From: Cycas panzhihuaensis | Taxonomy: Eukaryota; Plantae; Cycadophyta | DNA: 64,000 nt | Assembly: GCA_023213395.1 (NCBI GenBank) | Contig: CM041465.1 | Span: 225,191,741-225,255,740 of the forward strand | Reading direction: 5' to 3' | Shown: one piece after another, positions 1-11,743 of the stretch | How the letters are laid out: every line of letters starts with the position of its first letter | Numbering within the stretch: position 1 is the stretch's first letter | Notes under the pieces: generated by a model | Told to the model about the DNA's origin: nothing | What the model saw: only the letters and a program-made list of their open reading frames with translations | The model's database searches: none | Made by a program: the position numbers and the translations under genes

Positions 1-458
1 TTAGTTATCAAGATGATCCCTGATTGATGTACGATGATATGGCTAACCAAACCTCACCAATATTTTGGTTTAGTCTAATCCCAACTTGAAACCCACACCT
101 CTTTTATGGTACGACATTTTACCAACCAAGATATCTCAACCTTGGTAAGTGTGTATAGTACAATATTATAGAAAATAATGTACATGATCTGTTCCTTTTA
201 GGGAGAGTGAAAAGATTATCAAATTTGCATCAAACATACATATAATTGAAAATAGAGTGCTTGCTTGGAGTATCTTTAGAGTACTTGCTTGAAGTAATTT
301 TGGAGTGCTAAAATGTAATGCTGATAAGTGAGTGAGGACATCAGATATTGCTCTTATCTATGTGTTTTTTTTTACTCACTTTTACAATGGGCTTTTAAGC
401 CTTATAAAAAGAAGGAAGAAAATTTTCACTTTTTTTTTTTTAATACAAAAAAGTAGTC

Positions 459-830
459 TTCACTAAAATAACAATAATTTTCTCCCATGATAACAAAGTT
501 GAGTGTTAATTTTTGTGCTATAAACTAGACTCAGAGTTATATCTTTAGGAAGTAGAATCAAATCCAAATGAGTTCTACAAAATTTTTGGCAATCCCGTAA
601 AGTTAGCAAAATATATATTTTTAAAATTCTTACTAAAAGTAATTATCGTTCACTAAAACAATAATAACTTTCCTATACGGTAACGAAATTAGGTGCCAAC
701 TTTTATGTTGAAAACTAGACTTAGAGCCTCATCTTTAACAATTTAAATTAGGTTAATTGGAGCTCTGTAGAAGTTTTGGTAAAGCTATGAATTTTAGTAA
801 TCATATCTTATTTCTGCATAAAATTTAGCT
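459..830. repeat. Degenerate ~190-bp tandem repeat (2 copies), probably part of an old LTR
   Basis: TTCACTAAAA...AAACTAGACT(C/T)AGAG..ATCTTTA occurs at 459-549 and again at 649-740. Confidence 0.6.
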
Positions 831-3800
831 TGCAAATATCTCATTAATACATGATACCATATGAAATTTCCATCATTTTTTTATCACCAGGATCCCAATA
901 TAGACAAGGTGAGAGAATGCAATAATGGATATTTTAAATGGCTCCAAATTCGTAAAAAAAGTAGGTAGAACCTCCCCTTATAATCATTTTTCTAAAAGCT
1001 AAAAAAATTTCGACAGTATTTTCCCTTATTAAATGGATAAAAATAGGGGAAAGAAAAGAAGAATAAGATAGCATAAATGGCTACTAAAGGATTAGAATCC
1101 TTGGGCCTTATAACTCCTTATATTGTGCTTCTAAACCTAGAAAAGAGAAAGGTAAAGCAAATAATATTAAATATACTATGATAAAAGCTTGAAAATATTT
1201 CTAAATCCACTTTCACAATCTCCTTCACCATATGGATTATAGGAGAGAAGGAAGTGATGGCTCCATTGCAAGAGCAAGTGAGGAATATAAAGGAAGGAAT
1301 CTCTAATGCCACATGAAAAGAGTGGATCTATCATTCATCTCCATGTACTAAATACAAAGGCAAACATGGGAGTAAGAGAGACTTGAGAGAAAGAGAGTAA
1401 CTCTCACAAAATGGGGAGGTTAGAATGAGCCTCCTCCATTGAGCTTTCACTTTTATATTAAGAGATGGAGCATTAGAGTTAGCTGAAATGAAATTACACA
1501 TAATGCACATGAAAATATATTTCATTTAAGTGATCTAATTTAAAGTTCACTTAAGACCCTTTTCAGAAATAATCAACTAATGTAATAACCTTGTGACATT
1601 AACCCATTTCACCCTTATGGTAAGAGTTCATGTGTAATTCATTTGATCTTCCATTTGGAGTGATATAAGTGATAATATGGTTATATGTTTATTAGTGTAG
1701 CTCTTAGTACTAATTTGATATTGTGCTTACATCCACGACTTGGTAATAACCTTTTAAGTGGGTCTTCAAAAATCCTACTATGTTGGTTAATAAGGCTTTA
1801 TACTTCTTTTAGAACATCATTAATTAAGATTCTATAGTATGTCATCAAGTATGAGGCTAAAGTTTTCCTTAATAACTTCTCCATTAATGTCATTAGTTTA
1901 GTTGATAGTGTGGGTAGTGCCTACAACTTACACTTGTGTCTCTTCTAGAAAAAACTTATAAAATGGATCTTCTAGTTGGTAATAATATTCTTGAGATTCT
2001 AAAACCATTGAATGCTAAGGACTATATCAACTCCTCCTATTAGCATAATAAATATGCTTGTTTTAATAAAAATATTTTATTATATATGTATACCTTATTG
2101 TAAAATCCTTTATATGGCATACTCTTTCCATTAGTGATAGCTACTTCAAATTGCTTGAGTAATTTTATTAAAGACTAAGTTTAGTTACTGTAAGTCTATT
2201 AATAAAGTTATGACTACTACTACTATTTACTAGAACCAATATCTTTGTATTTTCTATCATTCCTTCAAATCATAGTGTTTGAGAAGTGTCAACTTCTCTT
2301 ATAATAGCTTGCAATGATATATATACATCTTCTACTTCAGTATCATTTAGTAATCATCAGTTTCTTCCTTGTCATTAGTTGGTTGTGTCTTTTCTTTTGA
2401 ATCATCTATTTCAAGAATATATATATACCTTCATTATTGATAATGAACAACTTTTTGGTTGGGCATTTATAGCCATGACTTTATTTTCCTCTATAGTCAA
2501 AGGAAATTCCTCTTCTTAGATGTTTGGCCTTAGATAATTTACTTCCTGGTGATCCACATTCGTTTTCTTATATAAGTAGGGGATTGACTTTTTTACCTAA
2601 GAGGTTCTAATTAGGTTAGTTACTTTAGTCATGATATTTAGGGGGTTTGTTATGACAAAAATAACTCTACCTTAGTTCCTAAAATTAAGCCTTGATATTC
2701 CTTGCTCAGTGGATTGACTCTTTTAAGGTCTATACTCCTAGTATTTTTAAGTAGAACTTAATAGTCCTTTTAAGCCTTGAATGTTGATGCATAGGAGGAA
2801 GAGAATGATCACACAACCCAACTATAAACCCAAGGTAGGGAGGTTTAAGTTGATAAGGTAACAAAAGGGAAATTTCCTACAAGGCACTCATGCATCTCAT
2901 GGATGTAAGTGTAGGAGCAAAAGGGAGATTCTTAGATTAGGGGCAATGTGTAAATGTGTGTAAATAAAAGAGAAAAATTAGAGGAACAAAAGCCTAGGAG
3001 AAAGTAATGTATTCTAACTAATAAGCTAATGACAAAGATAAGCACGTAAAAAGTAACAATGTATAAATAATAAACAAAAAAGAGTTATTAAACCAACTAA
3101 AAGAATAGAGATAAAATTAATTTGTATCTAATAGCAAGCAACCCTGAAAGGACCAAACAATACCCAATAAAAAGGCTTATAGAATCTAAGAGATCTGTCA
3201 AGGTACATATGCCCCAATCACAGATGAAACTATATACCTAACCCTAATGGACTTACCCCTCCTAAGGAAGATTAGTATATGCTAATATTAACACTTAAGT
3301 GAACTTAAAAACAGTAAGAGTAGAGACCTATGTTAACATTAACTCCTAAAAGGACCTAAAGGCATAAGACCATCCCTCTCATCTAGTGATGAAATTCAAG
3401 TAAAAAGCAAGTGATTCCCCCTTATTAGTGAGGGAATAACCCTATCGTAACAAGATCTATGAGAAATAAACAACATACAACTATGATGCAACTAATATAT
3501 AATTTTTAATTGAATGAAATCAACAATGAAACCCTAGTCTAAAAAGAGAACTTTTTAGCCCTATAGATTTGAGGACTCATAATAAATATAAGCCTCCACC
3601 CCATTAGGCCTTTGCCAATGTACACAAACAACAAGCATATATAGTGCAAAATGAAGAATATAAATTTGTTTCTTACTTCTCTTTTTATGTTTTTAAGTTT
3701 TGTATTTTTTATAAAACAAAATAACCTACAGAAGAGGAAGGGGAGAAAATGAGCAATAATACAATATGTAATCAAGTAAACCTTTTTTTTTTTTTCTAAA

Positions 3801-4349
3801 ATAAAACTATAAATTGAAAATACTATTTTTGCATTTTTATTCTTTTAGGAATAAAATCTAGGAGTAAAGGGTTTTGATGAAGAGTACTAAAATTCACTCT
3901 AAATACTAATAATCATTATTTCACTACAATAAGCTCTCACAATATGTATTTCACTAAAATAACAACAAGAAAAGTGAGTGGCACATACATGTAATGCAAT
4001 TTTTAAGAAAATTCTGGTAACATCTCTACTTATTGGATTGATCTATAATGAGGAAAAGAAAATCAAGCTTGAAAATGTTAAAAAACTAGTTTAGAATAAG
4101 TTTTGAGAGAGATACTATTTTGGTGATTTTAATAGGGCTTCCATTACCTTGTAAGCAATAATGTTTCGTGGGGAAGATGGGGAAAGTGAGAAAGAGACTC
4201 CAGTATGCTTTTGAAGTCCCTATCCTACAAGAAAACAAGTTAAGAGTATTTTGATACCTACCAAATTAGTGCATGTAAGTATATGAAAAATATGATAATT
4301 TAAAAGGCAATAAACTAAAATAGAAATTACAATGTAAAGCCAATGTAAA

Positions 4350-4583
4350 TGTTGGAATATTAATGCACATTTGATTTATCCCACATGCAAGTGGGTTCCA
4401 CTTTCACTATATTGACATGTATTATAAATACACAATATAGTGTATCATATTGTAATCGATTGTAATGATGTTGTAAGGATGTTTTATTAATACAATTTGA
4501 GGTACCTTAAGGTTACCGTTCGATCCTGTGGAGGTGTTCTATTTTGTTTGTCAATATCTTATTGCAGGTTCTAGTTTCCAACA
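4350..4583 (+). repeat. 5' LTR of gag-only element
   Basis: TG...CA ends with 8-bp terminal inverted repeat; direct repeat of 7223-7456. Confidence 0.95.
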
Positions 4584-4594
4584 TGGTATCAGAG
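4584..4594 (+). promoter_or_regulatory. Primer binding site (tRNA-iMet)
   Basis: TGGTATCAGAG immediately after the LTR CA. Confidence 0.9.
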
Positions 4595-6026
4595 TGCCTA
4601 GGTTGAGAGAGATGTTTTTGTTTGGTATTAAAGCAGTGATTTGGGAGGTGCCACAACGTTGAAATTTCTGAAAAGTAATAGTGAAATTGAGATGAAATAG
4701 CTCGTTATAGCAGAATTAATTTTAGCTTGCATTTTTTCCGTTGCCATATTTTTTGGGACAGATCTACAACCTCAACTTCAAAGAGTCATAACTTTGGCTA
4801 AAGGTATCTAAATGACCTCAAATTGTTTTTGATTCTATGCATTTTTTAATTCTTTTTCTAATGGAAGTAGTTTGAGGTTCATTAGAGTTTAAAATAAAAA
4901 GTTATTATTAGTTTATCAGAAGGTACTATTATAGCCCCTAAAAACCCTAATTGTGAAATTCTTAAAAGGAGCATAACTTTTTATCTAGATATCAGAATTC
5001 AATTTCGTCTAAACCGTTGGAATCGTATTTTAGAGGCCATTATTTTCATCTATATTTTATGTATTTTTTAGCTATATTTTTTTTTCAGAAATAAGTTTTT
5101 AGGAATTTAAGGGTTTCATATTGATATGGTGACATGAATGAGGCAATGGTAATGAGGTGATATAAGTGTTTTGTACTCTTAATTGATGACAAAGTAGTGA
5201 AATTTAGTATTGGCATGGTGCTATCTTGCATATGATTTACATAAGTTGGGTGATGTTGCAATATGAGGTGTTGCGTATGTTGTGCATGAGAGAGTATTAT
5301 TGCAATGTGAGATGATATTAAGTTATGTTGATGTGAATGTATTTGGCACTCTATTAGTGATTTGAAGTGCATGATGGTGATTGTTTAATGGAAAATTAAG
5401 TGCCTTCTTGTATGTGTTTATATGAGAGAGCTATTGTGACGATGGCATAGTATGGTAATGAAGCGATAGTACATGTGTTTACATGAATGAGTTGGATGAA
5501 ATATGACAATTAAGTACTTGGTGGAATGTGATTTATGTGAAGGGACTTGATGGGCATAACAAAGCTAATTTGAGGGTAAGAAAGATAGTGATTTGAGGCA
5601 ATGAGGTGCTTGTTACATGTGAGGTTACATGACAAGATTGGGTAATTGTTGGGCATGTTAAGAATGAGATCAAGCATATTTGATAATGTATTCTAATTGA
5701 TTGAATGGGTAAAGAAGGATGAGTTTCTTTAATTGAAGATAACTGAGTTACAGGGAAGCAAAATTATTAAATAGTGTAATGGCATGAGTTGTATGTTTTG
5801 GACAATCAAGTGAAGTGTGTGTCTTGGTAGCAACATATGACATGTATGATCATTGTGAGATTTATGAGGCATTAATTTGATGAAGTGAGTGTTTGGATTC
5901 TATGTGATCGATTTTGTGATATGTGAAATGGATAAGGCAATGATGTGATGATAAAGTTAATGATGTGAGATATAAGACATGAGGAAATTTGTTGAGAGTG
6001 ATCAATAGGCAAGTTACCAATTATAA

Positions 6027-7061
6027 GTGAGTTTATTGATTGAAAAAGGGAAGTGGCATATGGACATGGTATTTACAATCATGGAGGATAATGATGTAGT
6101 TATATATGCTCCTGAATCAAATGAATATTACTTAAGGGATTCATTTTTTCTAGTACCTAAGTGCAATAATGAAGACTACTTCTTTTGGACAATTAAAATG
6201 AGATGTTTATTCATAGCTAGAGGTTTGTGGAAGATTGTTACTGATGAATATGATATCCCTAAGGATGAAGAAGAAAAGAAAATGCTTGAGAAGAAAGATA
6301 GAAAAGCATCCATTATGATTCAAGCTGCATTCAATGAGGTTGATCTTCCTTCCAAATTCCATTTTGTCATTCCTATGATTCTACATGCAAGTAATGCTAA
6401 AGAAGCTTGGGATTTTCTAAGAGAAGTATTTGAACAAACTCCTAAAGAGACACAACGAATGATTGAAAAAGCAATTAAGGCTAGTTATGGTACAGGTACA
6501 ATGAATAAAGAAAATATCATCAACACTAATGAAACGACATGCCAGGATGAAGAATGTATGGGTACTAACGGAACTTCTACTAAATGTAAAGAAACGATGG
6601 TTGAATGCATTGATGAGACTAGAACAATTCATAAAGACACTGAAAATGATGAGTTGATAAAGGTTTATATAGATGACACCATTGAATATGAATCTGATAG
6701 TCCTATAAAGGATGAGCCTTATGTTGATGATATTCCTACTTTGAGTATTGATTCAAGTTTGAATGATGTTACTACTTTGAGCATTGATTCAATTTCAAAG
6801 AGTATGCTAGTTGATCAAGATTCCACTCCAAAGATTGAAGAAATCACTATTGTACATGGTGATCAAGAGTTTATACAGGATAATGATGACATACAAGTTG
6901 TGATTGAAGATGGTTGTTTACAGGATCTACATCAAAATCAAACTAGACCAAGAATAATGAAGAATCACAATTTGCACTTGTTAGAGCTACTACATCAACA
7001 TCATCACTACAAGATTGAAGACATAAATCAAGTTGAGGACATCATCCTACAAAGATATTAG
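6027..7061 (+). CDS. gag: Copia-type Gag-like protein (DUF4219/UBN2-like N-half) with acidic, repetitive C-half; no zinc knuckle or protease
   Basis: 344-codon open frame. DYFFWTIKMRCLFIARGLWKIV, EKKDRKASIMIQ and SNAKEAWDFLREVF are Copia Gag N-terminal motifs. The first ATG is 6060; the track start is GTG. Confidence 0.8.
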   Translation: MSLLIEKGKWHMDMVFTIMEDNDVVIYAPESNEYYLRDSFFLVPKCNNEDYFFWTIKMRCLFIARGLWKIVTDEYDIPKDEEEKKMLEKKDRKASIMIQAAFNEVDLPSKFHFVIPMILHASNAKEAWDFLREVFEQTPKETQRMIEKAIKASYGTGTMNKENIINTNETTCQDEECMGTNGTSTKCKETMVECIDETRTIHKDTENDELIKVYIDDTIEYESDSPIKDEPYVDDIPTLSIDSSLNDVTTLSIDSISKSMLVDQDSTPKIEEITIVHGDQEFIQDNDDIQVVIEDGCLQDLHQNQTRPRIMKNHNLHLLELLHQHHHYKIEDINQVEDIILQRY

Positions 7062-7222
7062 TACATAATTAAAGATACAAATCAAGATAAAGACATTATT
7101 CTACAACAAAGACATCACTACAAGTTTGAAGATAGGGATCAAGTTGAAGACATCATTTTCGAGACACTTCCAAGGACAAGGCATTACAAGTATAAATGAT
7201 CCAAATGTGCATTAAGGGGGAG

Positions 7223-7456
7223 TGTTGGAATATTAATGCACATTTGATTTATCCCACATGTAAGTGGGTTCCACTCTCACTATATTGACATGTATTATAA
7301 ATACGCAATATAGTGTATCATATTGTAATCAATTGTAATGATGTTGTAAGGATGTTTTGTTAATACAATTTGAGGTACCTTAAGGGTACCGTTTGATACT
7401 GTAGAGGTGTTCTATTTTGTTTGTCAATATCTTATTGCAAGTTCTATTTTCCAACA
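7223..7456 (+). repeat. 3' LTR of gag-only element
   Basis: Preceded by PPT, followed by TSD GTAAA. Confidence 0.95.
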
Positions 7457-7699
7457 GTAAAATGGTAACTAATGGAGTCCTAGAATTGGTAGAGTTACCA
7501 CCACATTCTAAGTTGAATTGACATTATTTGGCTCCTTTTACCTTACAAGACACTCCCAAACAAGAGAAAAGTAAAATAAATAAAGTAAAAAAAAAGAGAA
7601 CCAAACAAAAAAACATTAAGTAATTGTAAAAAAAACTAAAATTAAATATAACTAAAAATAAAAAAAAAAGATCCAAATGTTGTGGGGGTCGTTGCCCCA

Positions 7700-8420
7700 A
7701 TTCTCAACCAATGATTACTACTCATGACATGAAACTTTGACTGTAGATATCTCCAACAATGAAATGACTTTAATATCTAAGACAGCTATGGAAGCCAATA
7801 AGTAAGTGGAAGAGTTGATGGAAGTCTATAGAATTTTTTACATCATTCCAATAGCATAACACTTTTAAAATTGGCCTTCCATTTCATGAAATAAGAGAGG
7901 GATTTATTGTTGACTATAATGAAGGAAAAATTGTATTTGGACCCAAGGTTTTTAATAAACTATAGGTAATTTGCCCATAGAATTGATCTCAAGTTAATGC
8001 CAGAGCATTAATTATCTAATGGATTTATAAAAAAACCATGAAAACCATAAAAAGAGGTGAATTCAATGCAAAACCCACATTTGGGCATAATAAGTTTACC
8101 ATTAAACATGGGTAATTTTTTTTTCAACATGATGACAGTCATCCCATAAAGTTCTTGGCACTACAATGAAGTCTTAAACTTTGTAAAACTGTGATAAAAT
8201 TGATAGTACTATAAATAATTCAACAAGGAGTTCCTAAGTAGAATACTTTGTGAGATAGACAACTTTAATAGGATAGGCAAAAATCAAAATAGGACAGATA
8301 AGGAACTTCATGGGATACTAGAGAATGAATAGAAAAAAAAAGATATTTTGACAATTAAATCAGCCAATAAAGTGATAAAAGCATAAAAACAATTCAAACA
8401 AAGGTAAAACAAAGCCAAAA
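7700..8420 (-). pseudogene. Highly decayed Ty3/Gypsy (Tat-like) RT and RNase H remnant
   Basis: Minus-strand fragments HEVPYLSYFDFCLSY and KLIMPKCGFCIEFTSFYGF resemble RT; LIGF...HFIVGD resembles an RNase H motif. Many stops and frameshifts. Confidence 0.4.
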
Positions 8421-10087
8421 AGTGTTTGCAAGGGTACTCAAAGGTTGTTTTGTAATCTATCAAGCTCATATGGATAACTTATTTACTACTAATTAAAGTC
8501 AAACTTATCATTGACTAAGTACATACATACCCATCTACCAAAATAATAGACAAACATTACTTAATATATTTATAAAATCCAATAACCAAATTAAAATGAA
8601 ACACAAGAAGTATGTACCTTCACCTGCCTGTGTTATAATGAATATGGAGTTCCTAAGTTGTAAGAAACACTTGCCTCCTTGGCTATAGAACCTCTTTAGA
8701 ACTATGCTACAAGATGGTAATTTCTATTAGCAATGCCCTATATAGATTATTTGTGTACCTATAAAAGTAATAGGGAAAGACAATTTTCTATAATTTAGCC
8801 TCCTTAATATGTATTAACAGAGTGTTACCCCTAGTTTATCCTCATCGACAAGAACTTCAAAGGTGTGCCAAATAGGGTAGAGACAAGATTTGTAGGATAA
8901 TCCCGGTTATGGGCTTAGAAACCATGACAAAATCCAAATAAACGTAAAAAGGTCACCATAATTTATCCTCATTGGTGACTATTTTCATAGAGATTTGAGG
9001 AAACTAAGGCATTTCCTTAGTATCTAATGAAGTTGGGCTTAGAATCCATGGATTGTTACCATAGTTTAATCTCATTAATAAGTGCCCTTCAAAGGAGGAG
9101 TTATTTGACCTCATCTTAGATCTAGGACTAACCTTAGGAATAAGAGTGGTTGCCTTGAAAGTTGAAGGCATAGACTTAGAAGCCAATGATAATGACCATA
9201 GATTAATCCCATTAGCAATTATTTTTCAAAGGTAAGAGTTGTTTGAGCTCATCTCAGAGAGAAGGGTTTTCACTATAATTTTATCTATTTAATAAGTGCC
9301 ATTTAGAGGTAGAGTTATTTGTGCTCATCTCAAAGCCAAGGAGATTTTTTATTATTTTTAATTTTATAATTTTTTAGATTTTTGTTAGTTTTTAGAAGTA
9401 AATATACTAGGGAAGGAAAAGAAATTAAAATAGTGTAACTAAGAAAGGAATAAATTAAGGATGACATTGGGGGATTACCCCTTTTAAAAAGCCATAATAG
9501 GATTGATATTCACATATTTATAAGGCAATTCAAGCTCATGCTAGAGCATCAAATAGTTTGCCCTCATTTCAAAGAAATAATGAAAGTTTAGGCTCATACT
9601 AGAGCATCAAACACTTTACCCACATTTTGAATACTTCATGGGTTTATAGGCAAGAAGTTGGCTTAGAGGCCCAACTTCATTTATAGGCCAAAGAGCCCTA
9701 AAGAGGAACACCAACTTGTGACAAATGATGCTCAAGAATATAGACAAATAGCTAATCAGTTTTTATGTTTTATCCTTGTGGGATATGTTAGATTATAATA
9801 GATAAGAATTGAGATAAAAATGGCTTGGTTGTATTAGCAAGAGCATGTAATTAAGGACAATGGGCTTGGTAGACTTAAAGAAGTTGGCAAACAACTAGTT
9901 GGGACTCTAAGAGCAGTAAGATAGGGCTATTATAGACTTGTAGTATATCAATAAGAGGTATGATGCTTACAGTGTACTCAGTAGTATTATTGGTTACTTT
10001 GGGAAGGTATATTTTAGCGCAGGTTAAGACATGGTTTACTTGGTCTCAAATGCTAGGCTATAATAAAAGGGACACGCATACACAGAG

Positions 10088-10225
10088 ATATATATATATA
10101 TATATTATTGGGGTTTTTAATTTTTATGTTTTATGGGGTTGGGGGAAAGGGAGGGTGATGGGTGGGGATGATATCACATTATCTATCTATCTATATATAT
10201 ATATCTATATATAAAGAGAGAGAGA

Positions 10226-10258
<33 letters not shown>
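10088..10258. repeat. Compound microsatellites (TA)n, (TCTA)n, (GA)n, (CA)n
   Basis: Seen directly. Confidence 0.9.
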
Positions 10259-10263
<5 letters not shown>

Positions 10264-11702
10264 AACACACTTTTATTTGTTTTAATATTTTGGTGGGATT
10301 TTTATTTTTTATGTTTTAAGAGGGAGGAGGGTGGTGGGTGGGATAAGGTTATATCATACGATGATTTAGACAAGGATCTTGGTTAACCAAACATTGTTGA
10401 AGCCACTTTCTAAATGATTCACCTAAACCACGCCGAAATTAACCTTGGAAGGCAAGCTAGCTATGGTTGGCATACGATGTTCATCAAAATATTATATGTT
10501 GTGTGATTGCTTTTGGTTTTAGAAAGATGCAGTAGTGATGAACCAACTCATGGAGGACCAGACCATCTAATTATAATAGTGTGATTTAATAAAATAAGGC
10601 TACAAAGAAGCTTAAGGATGAGACCATAAGGATCAAACCACTAGGGAAACTTTAATAGTTTGTACAAGCTATTTCTGTACACCTTTTTATAGGGACATGA
10701 GTGGATAAGGGGCCTTCAGAAAGGCACTCAAAAGATGATGGGACATTTGCTATAGTAGAGATCAAAAAGGATTGCCATAAGGAAGCATATCAAATGATCA
10801 AGTTGATAGAGGGTCACTTAGGATGCAGGTTTCATAGGGAAGTAATTATTTCACAAGCTAAGAGGATGATGAGAAGGCTTGAAAATGCTAGTAAGCATGA
10901 GGCCTCATTGGGGGGCAAATGCTAGATAGTAAAAATCATTATAAGAAGATGGTGGCATTGAGATAATGTCTCAAAATTGAACCTTTTGACTATAAGCATT
11001 AACATGCATAAGAGGGTTTGCCTCATGGCCCTTTTAGGCTAAAATGCATGGAAGGTACTAGGGGTTACCTAGCAATGGCCCTATATAACCCCCATAGGTA
11101 TGTTCAATGCTCTAGAATGAGCCTCTAGATTATAAATAGTGATGGGCTGAGAAAGGATTATCTTAATGTAATTTTTTATAACATGAGTACATTAATGGCA
11201 TTGATTAATGGATATCTTAAGAGTAATTTTAGACCTTAGTGCAGTAAAAACTAGTTATGGGAATGATAGTTTTAGGTATGTAGAATATAAATTTATAAGA
11301 AATGGGGTCTAATGGGATGAATGAGGAGGAAAACTAACACTGAAAGTCTAGTTACAATGATTGTAAAAAATAGTTTTTGTTATTTTTCATTTTTATTTTC
11401 ATTTCATCAAGTTGGAAATTTTATCAAACTTAAGTTGTCAAACCTCTTGACAGTCTAAGGTTCACCATTTGTAAATTGAGACTCCAATCGAAGTACTATC
11501 AATTTTATTAGATTCATGATAGATGATGGATCTAGTAGGCCTAAATCTTTAATTACATTTTAATTTACATTTTTTCATATTTTAGTTAAATAGAGTCTGA
11601 TTAGACTCTTATTTGAGGCAAGATTGAGGCATTTTGATATCCCAGTTGATTTGATCATATCGTTTTCTAATTTAAACAATTAAAATTTATAATTATAATT
11701 AT

Positions 11703-11743
<41 letters not shown>

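Larger units (their letters stand above)
4350..7456 (+). mobile_element. Non-autonomous gag-only Copia-type LTR retrotransposon (TR-GAG-like), 3107 bp
   Basis: Two 234-bp LTRs TGTTGGAA...TTCCAACA (about 11 mismatches). PBS TGGTATCAGAG at 4584, PPT AAGGGGGAG at 7214-7222, perfect TSD GTAAA at 4345-4349 and 7457-7461. No pol motifs inside. Confidence 0.93.

Noticed and set aside
1000-4340. Short ORFs and LTR-like or gag-like sequence
   Set aside because: No recognisable domain or paired termini.
5085-5372. His-rich 95-aa minus-strand ORF
   Set aside because: By-product of the ATG/TG-rich leader of the gag-only element.
6995-7195. Repeat array resembling CRISPR spacing
   Set aside because: Contiguous ~55-bp tandem units without unique spacers, in a eukaryotic retroelement context.
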